This document shows, in pieces, positions 28,546 through 42,899 of a stretch of 64,000 nt of DNA; position 1 is the stretch's first letter, and every line of letters starts with the position of its first letter. The DNA lies in the NCBI RefSeq assembly GCF_009914755.1, contig NC_060931.1; one strand, written 5' to 3'. Under the pieces are notes generated by a model. It saw only the letters and a program-made list of their open reading frames with translations, was not told where the DNA came from and searched no databases. The position numbers and the translations under genes were made by a program. The stretch is from the human T2T-CHM13v2.0 reference genome, Homo sapiens.

Positions 28546-29949
28546 TAGAAATTGCAATAGCTACAGATTTTGGCAACATGCTTACTAAAGTAAATATTTC
28601 CTATGGTTTCAGTAACTTAAATACCAAACTACTTATTTAACATTAAATAACATGCTAAATAACTAGATTTGCATAACATAACTAGATTTGATACCAATTT
28701 CAAGCATACTAGGCATAAAGTATGTAGTTCATAAATATTAACAAAGAAATAGGTATAATAATAATGCATCAATAATGCTATCGGTCCTTAAAAATAAGAT
28801 AAATCATAATCACAATCTAATTTTGTTTTCTGAACAGAATTTAAGCCATATTTGAAATTCAAATAAAGATGTATTACTTCCTTAAAAAATACCTTAACTG
28901 AGTTCCTAAATGTCTTGGCAAAATATTTATATAAATATAAGATATTTATATTATGATATAAGTCATAATATACAAAACATTCATTAGGAAGCTTAATCAG
29001 ATCACTCAAGCATTTGTTGATATGGAAAGTTCATCCAAATGTATCAAAACTCTTAGCCAATATCAATACAACTATAATTAAGAATATATTCAGAAATAAT
29101 GCTATAATTAATGCTTATTCAAATTGCCAGCTTCATGGCAAATAAATTCATCTTGTCCTTGTAGGCCACTTGTATTCAGTCCCCAGAGATAAAATAACTT
29201 GGCTTGACTCCAAGTACAAATCACTTAGTGGGGAAAAAGATCATTTTTTTAGTGAGAATTCATTGCATCAAAAGAGGTACATAATGTAAAAGATAATAAC
29301 CTACTTAAACTTCCTGAACTCTCAACCTAATCTTGTTATATGAAAACAAAATGTATATTGCACTTATTTTAAAATCACAGGAGACTAAAACAACTAATTG
29401 AGAAAGAGGTAGTACTACATCAATTTTTTTTTTAAAACAGGCCAGGTTTCCCTAAGGCTTTCCTGCCTTTCAACCTATGCCAGTTCCTCACAGCCCACAA
29501 GAACAGACAGACATATGCTGTTTGAATGATTGAAATGAAAAGGAAGAAGTAACATCACCACACCTGCCTCTCCTTCTTCCTTGCTGCCCTCTTAGTACAT
29601 AAGTTAACTGTACAATCATGGTTCCTATGTCTCTGCTCTAAACAGGTCTCACAGAAGTTACATTGATTGTCCAATGAACAGATCAATTGGGCTTCTTTCC
29701 TTGTAGTTGTTTTTTCTAGAAAGGTTACCCTGATGGCTGCTCCTTTCCTTGAAATTCTTATCAACACCAATGAGGATTTCTTCTATGTAGTTGCTTTTCT
29801 AGCTCTTCTTGCTATCCCTCAATAAACAGAAGTCCTCCCCAAAGCCAATCCTTCTCTCTCTTTGCTATGACATTCTCATGCCTTTACCTATTAGATTTCA
29901 TGAAAAAAAAAAACAGACCTCAAACCTCTATTATTTAAAGTTCTAAAAC

Positions 29950-30560
29950 CCTCCTTATGTGCCCTCCGACAGTCTGACTTTCTGTCAATGTCCAACTGGA
30001 TATTGCATTGATATCTCAAAGTCGAATGGTCAAAAACCAAATAATTCACCTCTCTCCCTGCTCCCCTACTGCCAAAACCCCCAAACAACCAAACAAGACA
30101 GGCCACAAAACAAAATCAGCCCCTCCTGACTTCCCCATCGCTCTTGATGAACACACTCTCCTAGGGAAACATGCTAGACACTGCAGAGTGAGGTTCACTT
30201 CTTCCAGGTCCCCTCTGCCCATCTGAAGGAGTCTGCCTCTCCAGTGTCTCTCATGCCTGTCTTGTCTCTGCCCTTTGTTCTCTCCACACTTCCATGTTAG
30301 AACGTATCTTCTCTTACTTGGAAAAAAAAAAGGCTCTATTTGTCCCTCTCTGTGCCATCTCTAATGCCAGCATCAAGTTAATGTGTTGGGAAATAGCTTT
30401 GATCATTCATTGATTCCTTAAGTATTCATTACTCTCTCTCTTTTTTTTTTCTTTTTTTGCTAGAGAAACCACACACTTGGTTTCTATTGACAAACCCCGG
30501 TTGATCTCTGCTTAGGCCCAAACCTGCTTCCTTTGCTTTCTCTTGATTTCACACAAGCCA
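29950..30560 (+). mobile_element. Degenerate L2 fragments
   Basis: TCCAACTGGATATT...ATCTCAAAGTCGAATGGTCAAAAACCAAAT; CCCTCCTGACTTCCCCATC. Confidence 0.5.
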
Positions 30561-30629
30561 TAAGAACTTGGCCTACTCTGAACTGTTCCTGGGGTTCTTT
30601 TCTCACCTTCAAGCCTAGATACAAAATCA

Positions 30630-31045
30630 GATGTTGTTCCTGAGTGTCTGCTCTCGTGTTCTTTTTAGCAATATAAAAAAATTAGCCCCCAGCTAACAAC
30701 TACATATTTTAGCTTCCCTTACTGCGAAGTATGACCATATGATTATATTTTGGCCAATGGGCTATAAGCAGAACCCACACGTAGCACTTCTAGAGCATGC
30801 CTTTAAAAGAAGTATGCCCTCCGCTTCTTTCTCACTTTCTCTCTTTGACCATACTGATGCCAGAAACACCCAATGGGATGGGGAGCACCAAAAAGGAAAC
30901 TGGTTTCTGGACAACCTTTTGGAACAGCACATTCTCCCCCATGTCCCCTCCTACAACCACTTATAGCTTAGCTGTCTGTGTGTGAGAGAAATACATTTTT
31001 ACCTTGTCTAAGCCTTTGTTATTTTGGCTTGTGTTAAAGTAACCA
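30630..31045 (+). mobile_element. ERVL LTR (LTR33-like)
   Basis: CCCAGCTAACAACTACATATTTTAGCTTCCCTT...TTGGCCAATGGG; end TGAGAGAAATACATTTTTACCTTGTCTAAGCCTTTGTTATTTTGG. Confidence 0.6.
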
Positions 31046-32299
31046 ATGCAACCATCTAAATAATAGAGAGGCACAATCTCTTCAGCACCTCTCTTACTGG
31101 CTGACAGTGATAAGGTGTGACTCACAGGATATTGTACAGCAAGAAGGAGTTAAGCTTTAACACTTCTGAGCTTCTAATGATAGAAGAAAGGTTCAATTGA
31201 TATTACACAGAAAGGAACATGGTGGCAAGAAATAAAGAAACATATTTTGAGTTCTGGACCTAGTAAGAAAATAAATCTTCCCAGAAAAGGCCCACAGCTA
31301 TATAGTACATTCAAGGCACATTGAAAATTAGAGAGCTGCTGCAATCTCCATTTCTGTTAGACAGAAAAAGAGACATCTGAAGAGCACCATAGAAGTACAA
31401 CTAACATGAATATTAGTCATTTGTTCATACCAAGACCGAGAACTCAGACATAAGGATCAGGAAAAACAGAAGCTATAATCCCAATGCAGACTGGCATGAA
31501 GTAAGAACCTTACGGGCTCCGTTAAAGTGAAGAAATAGAATTGGAAGAACATAAGAAGGGAAACTTACAATGGATCAGACCACGTGCTAGAACTTAGGCT
31601 AAAAGTTATAATGATTTCTGTAGTAAGGAGAAAACTTGAGTTAATACCTGTGCCCCACTAAAGCATATTTATAGTTATTTATTGATCATATTTGTGTTTA
31701 TATTTAAGAGTAGTTGTAAGAAAACTGTTTTCCTCAGATGCTAATCGGCAAGAGGCTATCGAAGTGATGAGAGACACAGTAGAATTGTTCTGTTTCTTCC
31801 AGGAGATAAGAAGTACATTATTTTTATGGAGTTTGGTTCAATGACAGGAGATTTAATGAGAAGGAGGCTTCAACATCCATAAACAGTTGTTAAAATGTTT
31901 GGTACACAGACTTTGTATTTCAGTTCTTTCTGGTACAAGCTTGTGAGAATCAGGTGGTTTCCAAGATCTGGCAGGACCTTACAAACACAGGCAGCATCAT
32001 AAGTAGCCATGAAACCCATTAGGAACCCTGGACCAGGGAAAATCAGGCTAAGGTATGCTACATCTCTCCCCCAGTTTCTGCTAGTCTCTGTATCCTTGGC
32101 CAAAAGAATCACAAGTTGCATGTGTATAGTTTCTATCTATCTGTAATCCACCTGGGACACTAGAATAGTAAAGAAATATAATTCTACAGGTTAGGACATT
32201 ATCAACAAATCCTTTTATGGCATTCATAATACCCTGACATAAGAAATAACACCATGTAATACACATAAGATGCGTGGGGAAATACCAATAAATGCATGA

Positions 32300-32760
32300 G
32301 ACTTAGTGCCAAACAGACCTGGGTTAAATCCCAGCTTTACCACTTTACCTTTGGGCAACCTATAAAACATCTCTCTAAGCTTCAGTTTATTCTACTACAA
32401 AATTAAGATCAAATGACAACATAGACAAGTATGCAATTGCACCTATAAGTGCTATGACAAGTCAAAATACCATTGGAGTGTGTTACAGGGCATCTGACCT
32501 AGTTCGGAAAATCAGGGAAGTCCTCTCTGAAGAAATGATATTATAGCTAAGATATGAAGAGTAAGAAGGCTTAAACAGCAAAGAGTGCTGTAGGCAAATG
32601 GGAAAGTGGCCTGTGGAGGGAAAAACTACAACACATTTCAGGAGATGAAAGAAGGCAACTGTGGCGGGAGCAGAGAGAACGAGAGGGGGGTTGGCATAAA
32701 AGGAAGCTGTAGGTATATGCTTATGTCAGACAATACAGAACAGCACAAGCCATCATTCCA
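32300..32760. mobile_element. MIR (plus) followed by L2 (minus)
   Basis: CAGACCTGGGTTAAATCCCAGCTTTACCACTT...CTCTCTAAGCTTCAGTTT; then ATCAGGGAAGTCCTCTCTGAAGAAATGATATT...AGCTAAGATATGAAGA. Confidence 0.65.
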
Positions 32761-32989
32761 ATGAAGAAGCTGTAGGATGACAAGCAGCAAGGCTTAAGAA
32801 ATGTTAGCTTGCTTTATTGTCACTGTTAAGAAATAACATCTGGGCTGGGTAGACCCTGCCTTGTGATCACTGACTCAGGGACCATATGAAAGAGAACCAG
32901 ATTAGCAATCCCTCCTGATAGAATAGGATATTTAAAATCCTCTTTTTTTTTCTGAGTGAGCTACAAAAATATATAGGCCCTTTTCTTAT

Positions 32990-34125
32990 TTTTTTTCAAC
33001 TTTTTTATTTTAAGACTGTAAATTCACATGCAATCGTAAGAAATGATACAGAGATTCTGTATAACCTTCACTCAGTTTCCCCCAATGGTGACATCTTGCC
33101 TAGCTGTAGTACAACATCACACCCAGAATACTGACATTGATAAGATCCACCGAACTTATTCAGATTACAACAGGTTTACATGCAGTTAGTTGTGAGTGTG
33201 TGTGTGTATGTATGCGTTGGTGTGCATGCTGAGTTCCATGCAATTTTATTACAAGTGTAGATTCATGTACCACCAATGTGCAATTTTATTACACATGTAG
33301 ATTCATGTGCCATCATAGTCAATCACAAAGGGCATTCATGCTACCCTTTAATAGCCACACCCACCTCCTTCCCTCTCCCCCACCTCTATTAACCTTGGCA
33401 AGCACTAATCTGTTCTCTATCTCTATAATGTTGTCATTTCAAGAATGTGATATCATATGGAATGTACTTAAAAAAAATTTACTCAGCAGGATCCCTTTAA
33501 GAGCCATCCAGTTTGTTGCATATATCAATAGTTCATTCCTTTTTATTGCTGAATTGTATTTCATGTTATGGATGTATCAGAATTTGTTTAACCACTCACC
33601 TGTTGAAGGATATTTGGGTTGTTTCCAGTTTTAGGCTATTACACATAAAGATGCTGTAGACATCAATATTCAGATGTTTGTATCAATGTAAGTTTCCATT
33701 TCTCGGGGATAAATGTCCAAGTGACAATTGCTGGGTTATATGGTCAAATTGTTTTCCAGAGCAGCAGTACCATTTACATCCCCACAAGCAATGCAGGAAT
33801 AATCCAGTCGCTAAATCCTCGCAAGCATTTGGTGTTGTCACTATTATTTATTTTAGTAATTCTAATAGCTGTGTAGTGATATCTCATTGTTTTTAATTTG
33901 CATTTCCTTAATGACTAATGATGTTTAACATCTTTTCATGTGCTTATTTGCCATCTGCATATACTTTTCAGTGATTTTTTTTCTGTTCGTGTCTTTTGCC
34001 CATTTTCTAACTGTTTGCTTCTTTACTGCTGAGTTTTGAGAGTTCTTCATATATTCTAGACACAAATTCTTCCTCAGATATGCGGTTTGCAAATACTTTC
34101 TCCCAGTCTGCAGCTTGTCTTATTA
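32990..34125 (-). mobile_element. L1M (MB/MC-like) 3' ~1.1 kb
   Basis: T-rich terminus then TTCACTCAGTTTCCCCCAATGGTGACATCTTGC; TTTTAATTTGCATTTCCTTAATGACTAATGATG; GCAAATACTTTCTCCCAGTCTG. Confidence 0.88.
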
Positions 34126-34949
34126 GTGATTATAAATAATGATCAGTATGAAGAATTCAGGAAATAAAAAATATATACATGTGGAAGATTCAGAACTTGC
34201 CAAGTTCTTCTAATACCGGATGGTGTGAATAAAACTAGTTTCTGAGATGCTATAGAAATAGAACATGGAAGCTTCATTGTACTCAAACCTTTGCTTTCCC
34301 CTCCCATATCTGCATACGGTTTATGTGGACTCTTTCCTTCCATAATGTATCATTATTCTTAATAGAGAATCAATACAGTTGACTATATATCTCATACCCA
34401 AACTATCCTTTCTCAGAATATCAGGATATCTGGCTGGATGGTTCCCAGATCACCAGGCTTTTGCCCTCTTCCAGTATGACCTGAAAGGGTTCTTTCCTTC
34501 TACTTCTCAAACCCAGTTGTTCCGAATGCCTACAAAAAGCATGAATTTTACAACCTAGGAATTTAGGGTTATGACAGGGTAATCCAATGGCCTTTCAATT
34601 CTTACTTTCTTTGTTCTAAAATTTCTATCATAGTCATTATGCCCTACAATATGCCTCCAGAAAGGCTTGTGAGGACCATACTTGTTCTCCTAGGTTGGGG
34701 TTGTTACTAGAATGAAGAGAAGATAGAGTTTTCTAGCACAAGGCAGATGATTCTCTTGCTATGAAATTGAATGCCTCTCTCATTCTAGCAACTATCAATT
34801 AATCACTGCAAATTAGTAAACATTTTATCTAAGTAAATCAAAGTTTGCTAAGTTGGCAATATGTACGCTGCTCTTTTGAATTTTGTATGGTTAAATTGTT
34901 TCTTAGGAAAATTTTCTGGATTCAAACATGGCATCCCTCACATCCCCTT

Positions 34950-35224
34950 AGAGGGAATGACTGGAAAGTTGGACTCAACTGGGATTGTCAACTAGAGTGC
35001 CAAATGGGGCCAATTCAAGGAAGGAATGTTCCAAGTGATAGGAAATAAATGATGACAGTTTCTTAAAGCCTGGGCTAGAAAACGGGCACAGTGTAATTCC
35101 ACTGTACACAACTGGTGAAAGCAGTTGTACAGCCCCCTCAGATTCAAGGGGAGAGGATATAGGATCACAGCTCTCAATGGGAGGAATGTTAACAAACTTA
35201 CAGCAATCTTCATTCCACCATACA
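34950..35224 (-). mobile_element. MaLR LTR fragment (MLT1H-like)
   Basis: CAGATTCAAGGGGAGAGGATATAG...CTCTCAATGGGAGGAATGTTAAC...CCACCATACA. Confidence 0.65.
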
Positions 35225-35239
35225 ATTTAGTGGTGGATT

Positions 35240-36580
35240 AGGAGAGAAATATTCTGAGTTCTTCCATATCTGAAAACGTCTTCAGTCTGTCATTTTTTGG
35301 AGGTGCATATACCATAATGGAGGCCCAGATACCATTTTAAGTTGGAAAATAGATTTTTCTCTCATAACCTCAAAAACAATGCTCCATCTTTTGGTGTCCT
35401 GTGCTGCCCCCATGTAAATCAGATCTGTGATCCTTTGTTAAGGCATTTTTTTCTTCTCTTGAAGCTTTTATAATCTCATCTTTATCCTTGGTGTTCTAAA
35501 AATTAAATATGTATCTGAGTTTAGATTATTGTTTGGGAACCATAAAATGACAAATATCCTTCTTCAGGTCTGGAAATGGTCTGCTACTATTTTCTTGTTA
35601 ATTTGTTTTCTTTTTTTTTTTTCTCATTTTCCATGGTTTTTTTTTTGAGATTCTGGATTGTACCTCTTTTATTGGCATCTATGCTTTATAGCTTTTCTCC
35701 CCCATATTTTTTTCTGTTTGTCTTCTTACTCTATTTTCTGCAAGATTTTCTCAATGTTGTTTTCTAGTGTTATTGATTTAATTTCAACAATCATATTTGT
35801 ATTCTCTAGTAGTACTCTCTAGCTCACTAATGGTTCCTTTATCATAGTTTTCCTAATTCTTGTTTTATGGATACAATATGTTCTCAAACACTTCTAAATA
35901 TTTTCGATGAATAAAAAAAAAAAAAAAACCAAGATACGTATGTTCTCTGAATAGTTACTCTTTCTGCTGGGATCAGGTTTCTTCTTTGTTTATTTGATCT
36001 TTTAACTTTCTTGTTACTGGGTCTCCCCATAGGCCTGGCAATCACTGGTGGTCCATTCATAGTTACAAAAGGAGGGTGGGGTTGCTGTTGTGGGCTTCCT
36101 CTGCTGCTGAGAAAGAAGGACTTATTCCTCACCGAGTCTTTTCCTTGAGTGGGAATTTTGACTGGGGTATTTGTGTGGAGTACTAAAGCATGGTGGAGGG
36201 AATCAAAGGTAAAGGATGAAACTTTACAAGTTAAGATGAGAGAGTGAGAAACTCCCTCAATTGGCAGAGTAAGAAGAGCTCTACTCCCTTTTCTCTGGAA
36301 TATCAATATCCACACTAAAAGCCTGAGTTTTCCCAAGTGGATCCATTCTGATTTTGTATGGAAGAGCCATTTTGTTGTTGTGGTTGTTGCTGTTTGTTGT
36401 GGTTGTTTTCCTAGGCACCTGCCAGATAATTCTATTCTGGGAACAGAAATTGGGGAGAGGAATGGAGGCAATTTCAATTAATCCCTGTTTACATCCACAT
36501 TTCTTACTCATACCTCTATGGACCTTGCTGACTATCAGCCCAGAATTTCTCTCCTCTGTTAAGGATTTATCCATTTAAAA
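35240..36580 (-). mobile_element. Ancient L1ME/HAL1 ORF1 and 5' region
   Basis: CTGAGTTCTTCCATATCTGAAAACGTCTT...TCTTTATCCTTGGTGTTCTAAAAATT; T-rich antisense L1 composition; boundaries approximate. Confidence 0.55.
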
Positions 36581-36823
36581 TATCTCATAAGGGATGGAAG
36601 GTAAGCACATATTCCAAGTATACTATCTCTAAATAAAAGTTCTTGATAATCTTCTATATTTACCCTCAACTTAGACATGATAACACCCCTTGCTTTCAGA
36701 GCTACAAATGTCAAAGGATCATCAGAAGATAATGTGATGTAATAGAAATGACAATAAGGTGATAATATATTTGGGTGATGGGGGGACTTCATTTTGAAAA
36801 TACCTTTTCTCATATAGCATTTA

Positions 36824-37180
<357 letters not shown>

Positions 37181-39821
37181 CTATGGTAGGCCGAAAATAT
37201 GGAAATTCCACCAATATTTTGACATTCTTGTTTGTTTTGCAAATGTACCAGAATGATAATAAAAGAGCTAGAAAAGCCAAAGTTAGCAGCAAGAGCACTG
37301 AACCAAAACTGCATATAGATGATCTATGCAAACAATGATACTGATTGGCCATTTCATCCACTTGTGTCAAGTTGTTGGTAATGTGTAGACACAGCATTAT
37401 CAATGCAACACAGGTAAACCTCTGCATGTAGAATCCTAGTGTAAGGACTCTAATGTCACACAGGATTTGAGAAAACATCATTTTTAAATCTCCTATACAG
37501 GTGCTAAAACACCTGTCTGTTGTTATTGTACTTTTAAAACATTGTTTTACTCATAAAATAATGTAATCTTTAATTATTACAAACATCTTTCTTTAAGACA
37601 ATCTTCTATGAGGGTCCCAATATAAATAAAATCCATTCAAGCATAACTTCAACTTACATGTTTTAATATCTTATATTATTGTATTCAATCATGTATGAAA
37701 GTGTGACAAAAACAAAATTATTAAATAAATATAATATGTTCACACATAACGTTTGAACAGATTAGTTTTAAAGATATTTTTAAAACTTTGAGAGGGCAAG
37801 TTAAAATCAGCTGTTTTTATATCAAAAGAGATCTGGTTTCATTTCAACTAAGTATTTGAATGATGAATATTATGAAATTTGGAAAACAGTTAATTACACC
37901 TTACATGAATCAATTAAAGCAATATTTACTAGAATCTCACTATTAATCTGTCAAAATCCTTCACTGCTAAAACATGATTAATATGATATTTAAATGTCAG
38001 GCAAAGTTCAAACACAAAGTTAATTGTGAGCATTAGTGGTACACTAAGGTCAAACTATAATTTGCAATTTGTAATGAGCTGGGACTCTTATCAAAATATT
38101 TCATCTGATATCATTCTCAAAAGCAGTCATCAAGAAAAATAGACATACAATCCACTGCAATGTTTGTGAGATGGAAGAAACAATTAGAGACAGAGAACTC
38201 CCTACAGCTAGGTAGTTAAAGGCTGCAAAATTGATCACATTCAAATTCCTCCAACATGCAAATACCATCTAGGCATGTGGTCAAGAAATTACAAGGAAAC
38301 TGAGCAAACTAAAATTAAACTTCGGCACCCACTGAGACACAACACATCAATAATACTATAATAACTATAGCCTTTTTCCTCATTTGACAAGATTAACTGA
38401 ACTTCCTGATACTATGAGAGTCAAGTGCAGGGAGTACAAATGAAGAGACTCTCTGAGGTACCAGCAGAATTCTGAAAATAAGTTTAATAAAATCAGTACA
38501 GAGTAGAAGACACAAGGTATAGGTAAAAATTACCCTAAGGTAATAGAAAGCCTCTCCAGCCCAGAGGGATAAGTAAGCCTGCCTATTACCCAGTCAAAGG
38601 TGTAAAGATCCCAGGAGAACGAATGTGTTAACTGATGAGGATGATCAGAAAAAAGAGCGAAGAAAACAATCAGACTGACCAAGTTTCCCAGAGTTTTATC
38701 CAACAAATTCCTCAAATAAAGAGATGAGGAATTTGGGAGAGTTTGGCTACCTTTCACCTTTCACTAAAGATCTGTCTGTTTTAAGGCAGAGGTTCTTCAG
38801 AATTCTCTAGAGCTTAGATGAGTGCTTCAAATCTTAAGCTTTGAGTTCTTGAAGGCCTGTCAGAGGCTATAATGAGAAGGGGAGTTATGGGATGGGATAT
38901 GAAGAGACTAGAGTAGTTTTGCTTTCATTTGTTATATACTTAATCAAGGGTAATTTTTAAAATGGAAAATTTACCAACTTATTTGAAATGTTTCCACCAC
39001 CCTGATCACAGGTTCTCCACACATGTGCCAGATACTAAGTCAGTTTCCACTGCATCCTGACTCTGGAAATCATCCTGATGAACAGTCTTAAGCATTTAAG
39101 TCACTCGAAAGCAAGATTTCTTTTGGAATTACCACACTTGTAGTCTGTTTTGTTTTAATTGGCTCTTGTGAGTCTGGTGGGGATGAGCCAGTGTCCATGA
39201 GACTGAAAACCTTGGGGAATGTGGGTAAAACCAAATTCTCAAACTGTACATCCTGGGACCATGGTAATGCTGCCATGCAGGTAATGCTTCCTTATATGTT
39301 CTCTGAGGATCCAGAACATCCTCTAGTTGACATAGATATTGTCACTAGAACCCTCAAGCCATGAATACCATTTGAGAGGATTTTTCTGCTAGCATTATTG
39401 TTATTATTGTTACTGTTCTTAGTTTATGTTAGCATTTAGTTCATTGTTCACTTAATCAAAATAACTTGGTTGTGTTCTGGCTCTAAAACTGTTATTACTA
39501 ATAATTTGCTTGCCCTGACTTTTCTTAACTGTTAAGTGGAGATAATATTTACCGATATTCTCTCAATTTTAGAGATTTTTGCCATACAATGGTCAAATAA
39601 TGTATTTCTTATCACATAGTATATAAATTATAAAGCTATCTGTTTATGAATTATTTACATATTTATTTATATAATCAAAATATCATCAAAATATCCCTGC
39701 TGCATAAAGCCAGGAGTCATACAAAAACCTTCTGATTATCTAAACTACAAAGTACTACACGAATAAAAATTGTAATTGCCATTAAAATTTTAGTGTTCTT
39801 AATATTATAAATTTCAGATAG

Positions 39822-40115
<294 letters not shown>

Positions 40116-40369
40116 GATTTAACGTCATTAATTCCAAATCCAGTGTTCTTTCTCCACCCCATTGAATGTATATCTAATTTTATCATAGGATATTTCACTT
40201 AAAACAAATTTTTTTAAAAAGTAGTTATTTAACAGACAGATATACCACTTTGTATATTCTCACCTAGTACCTATTGATAAGTTTTATAAAGAAAGCAATG
40301 AATCATTGCCAAAGATCATGGATTCTCTGAATGAAAGGTCAAGAAACAGAGAGAATGATGCATCCCAAT

Positions 40370-40830
40370 ATAGCTCAGTGGAGACTAGAGGCACACTGTC
40401 TAGATTTGAATGCTTGGTTTCACCATGTATTATCTTAGTGATCTTATACAGGTCACATAAGCTTCTATAAAAGAGAAAATAATATCCTAACTTCATAGGG
40501 TTGCCATGAGAATTATTTAATTCTCTTTTGGAGTGCAATGGCATAATCATAGCTCACTGCAGCCTTGAACTCCTGGGCTCAAGTGATCCTCCCCCGCTCA
40601 GCCTCCTGATGTACCATCACGCCTGGCTAATTTTTATTTTTATATTTTTGTAGAAATAGGGTTTTTCTGTGTTTCCCAGGCTGGTCTGAAACTCCTGGAC
40701 TCAAATGATCCTTCTGTCTTGGCCTCGCAAAGTGCTGTGATTAAAGGCATGAAACAACACACCTAGCCTGTTTAATTCTCATAAAGCACTTAGGTCATTG
40801 ACTATCACTGAGTAATAACTGCATAAATGT
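40370..40830 (+). mobile_element. MIR interrupted by an Alu
   Basis: TATAGCTCAGTGG...CTTCATAGGGTTGCCATGAGAATT [Alu] ...ATAAAGCACTTAG...AGTAAATACTGCATAAATGTCAG. Confidence 0.65.
40526..40768 (-). mobile_element. AluJ lacking 3' terminus and poly(A)
   Basis: Begins TTTT-GGAGTGCAATGG; ends ACCTAGCC; flanked by TATTTAATTCTC / TGTTTAATTCTC. Confidence 0.88.
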
Positions 40831-42899
40831 CAGTCAATGATTGCTATGGTCCAAAGTTTCCACTCTCACCTCATTGCAAAATAGATCTTCTGAGAAACTC
40901 AACATTATCCCTAGAATTAAAGCAATATCATGGCCCAAAAAATTTGACCACAGCTGAATAAAATAGCGTCTTCAGTCACCCAACCCCCTTCAAGGAAGGC
41001 AAAGCTGTCCAGTTTCTATATGAGGCATGTGCTTCTGGTTGTGTACTCAGTGGCTGACCCTAACTGGGCATGATTTTTCTGTTACTGTATGCTATGTGGA
41101 CGGTTTATTTATTTAACTTTTAGAAATAAATCCACTAATAAAATAACAGCATTTGGGAATAAAAATAAAAGGTAGATTTTGAAATCTCAGGGTAGATGTA
41201 CAAAGAAAAACAAAACTACTCTCACTTATCACATCAAAGCTATTAAATAAATGTAGCTAAATCTAATTCAATCTGTCCCAGGTTGCTATAAGATCCAATA
41301 TATGTTACAGCTACTAAGTTATGAACTACTCAGGAGCCCACCCAAAAGGCAGTCACTTTTATCCTCAGAAGGACTGGAGTATGTGAATTTACTGCTCCAG
41401 ATTCAAAGAGCTTGTGCCTATATTCCTATTTTGGAGGCCATCACTTCAGTGGTTCACTCTGTTGGTTTCCAAGATGGTGGTTCGATTAAGATTCCCCCCT
41501 GCCTTATTACAGGTATGCAAATTGATCCACCCAGAATGGCTGTCTGACACACACCCAGGAAGAATTGTTTCATCCTTATGCTATCTTTCCTATAGGAGAA
41601 AATAATAGAAGAAAACCATATACAGTGTTTGTTATTAGCAATCATACATCTCCTATTGTTACATAAAGTAGCTCTTGGAAATTATTAAGGAATTTGTGTT
41701 GACCTATATGTAAACTTAAGGTCCAAATTAATTACACAGAGAGAACAAACACAAGCATACCTTGCAAGGATGCCAGTTTGGGAAACTACTTAAATCTAGC
41801 ATATATATCACTAATCTGTGTAACAACTAGTCCAACATCTGTTGATCTCATGCAATCAGAATTTGCATCTGCCTCAATTAAGCAGATAATAAATCTACAT
41901 AGTTTGTCACTTACTGTGTTCCTGTAAGGGTGTCACAATCATAAACGACCAAGATTAGTTTCTATTCTGGGGAAGTCTAGTCTCCTATAATTGAACAGTT
42001 ACTGAAAGAATCTGATTCCTTTTATGAGGTTTTGATTTTGATGACAATTACCCCTTCAGGAGAGAGTAAAGAATGCAAGTTTATTCTTTGAAAAGAGGAT
42101 CTTCTGTTCTAAATGGGTCTTCAATTCAGACTAAATGCTGAAGATTGCTCTTCATAATCAATCATTCTTTCTAGCTTCAGAATGCATGGAAACAGAATTA
42201 GCGGCTGGAACACTGGTGAACAAAGGAATATGAGGCAAAGAGCAGAAACTAATTTCAGAAAGGCCAGGTTTTTTTTTTAAGCCATGGGCCCCTTGGTCAA
42301 GAGTAACTAGCTACCCTAGTCCCTCCACACAGACCTAACCTCCTGCCAGTTCTCAAGGGGCTCATCTGAGTCTGAGCCTAGAAGGCATTTTCACATTTTA
42401 GGGTAAATTATGCTTACATCTCCCATGCGGTTTAGGAAAGACTTAATTGTCACTGTCATCTTATAAATATATATCAGTGATGATACATAGATATGATCTT
42501 AAATGCCAAAGCCAATCCAAAGATAGTGACTGACTGACTCAGAAAAGATTCTGAAGACAACTCTTGACTCAATGTGAAAAAGTGTAAGGTGATTGATGTG
42601 CACTAACTGGCAAGGATATAGGAGAGGGAAAAGGATGACATTTATATCATATTATTTGGCCTCTGTATTTTATAATGCATAATTGGGCTTTATTTTCATA
42701 GACGCATAGACTTTTAACACTAAAAGTGATTCCAGTAAACAACTAGTTTAATCCCTTGAAGCAAAAGCATTTTCCCATAATAGCTATTTATTTTAACATT
42801 CATTCACTCATGAGGCATCTATTAAGCTCAAATCTTTTGATAGACACTATACTAGGAAAACCATATTTCCCTGCTTTCCTATTTCTTTCAAGAGCAACA

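Noticed and set aside
31924-32051. Exon-like block encoding FFLVQACE (caspase-like)
   Set aside because: Lacks QACxG, and all three frames contain stops.
35884-36477. Longest ORF (197 aa, minus)
   Set aside because: Non-ATG start, low complexity, overlaps degenerate L1/HAL1 sequence, no recognisable domain.
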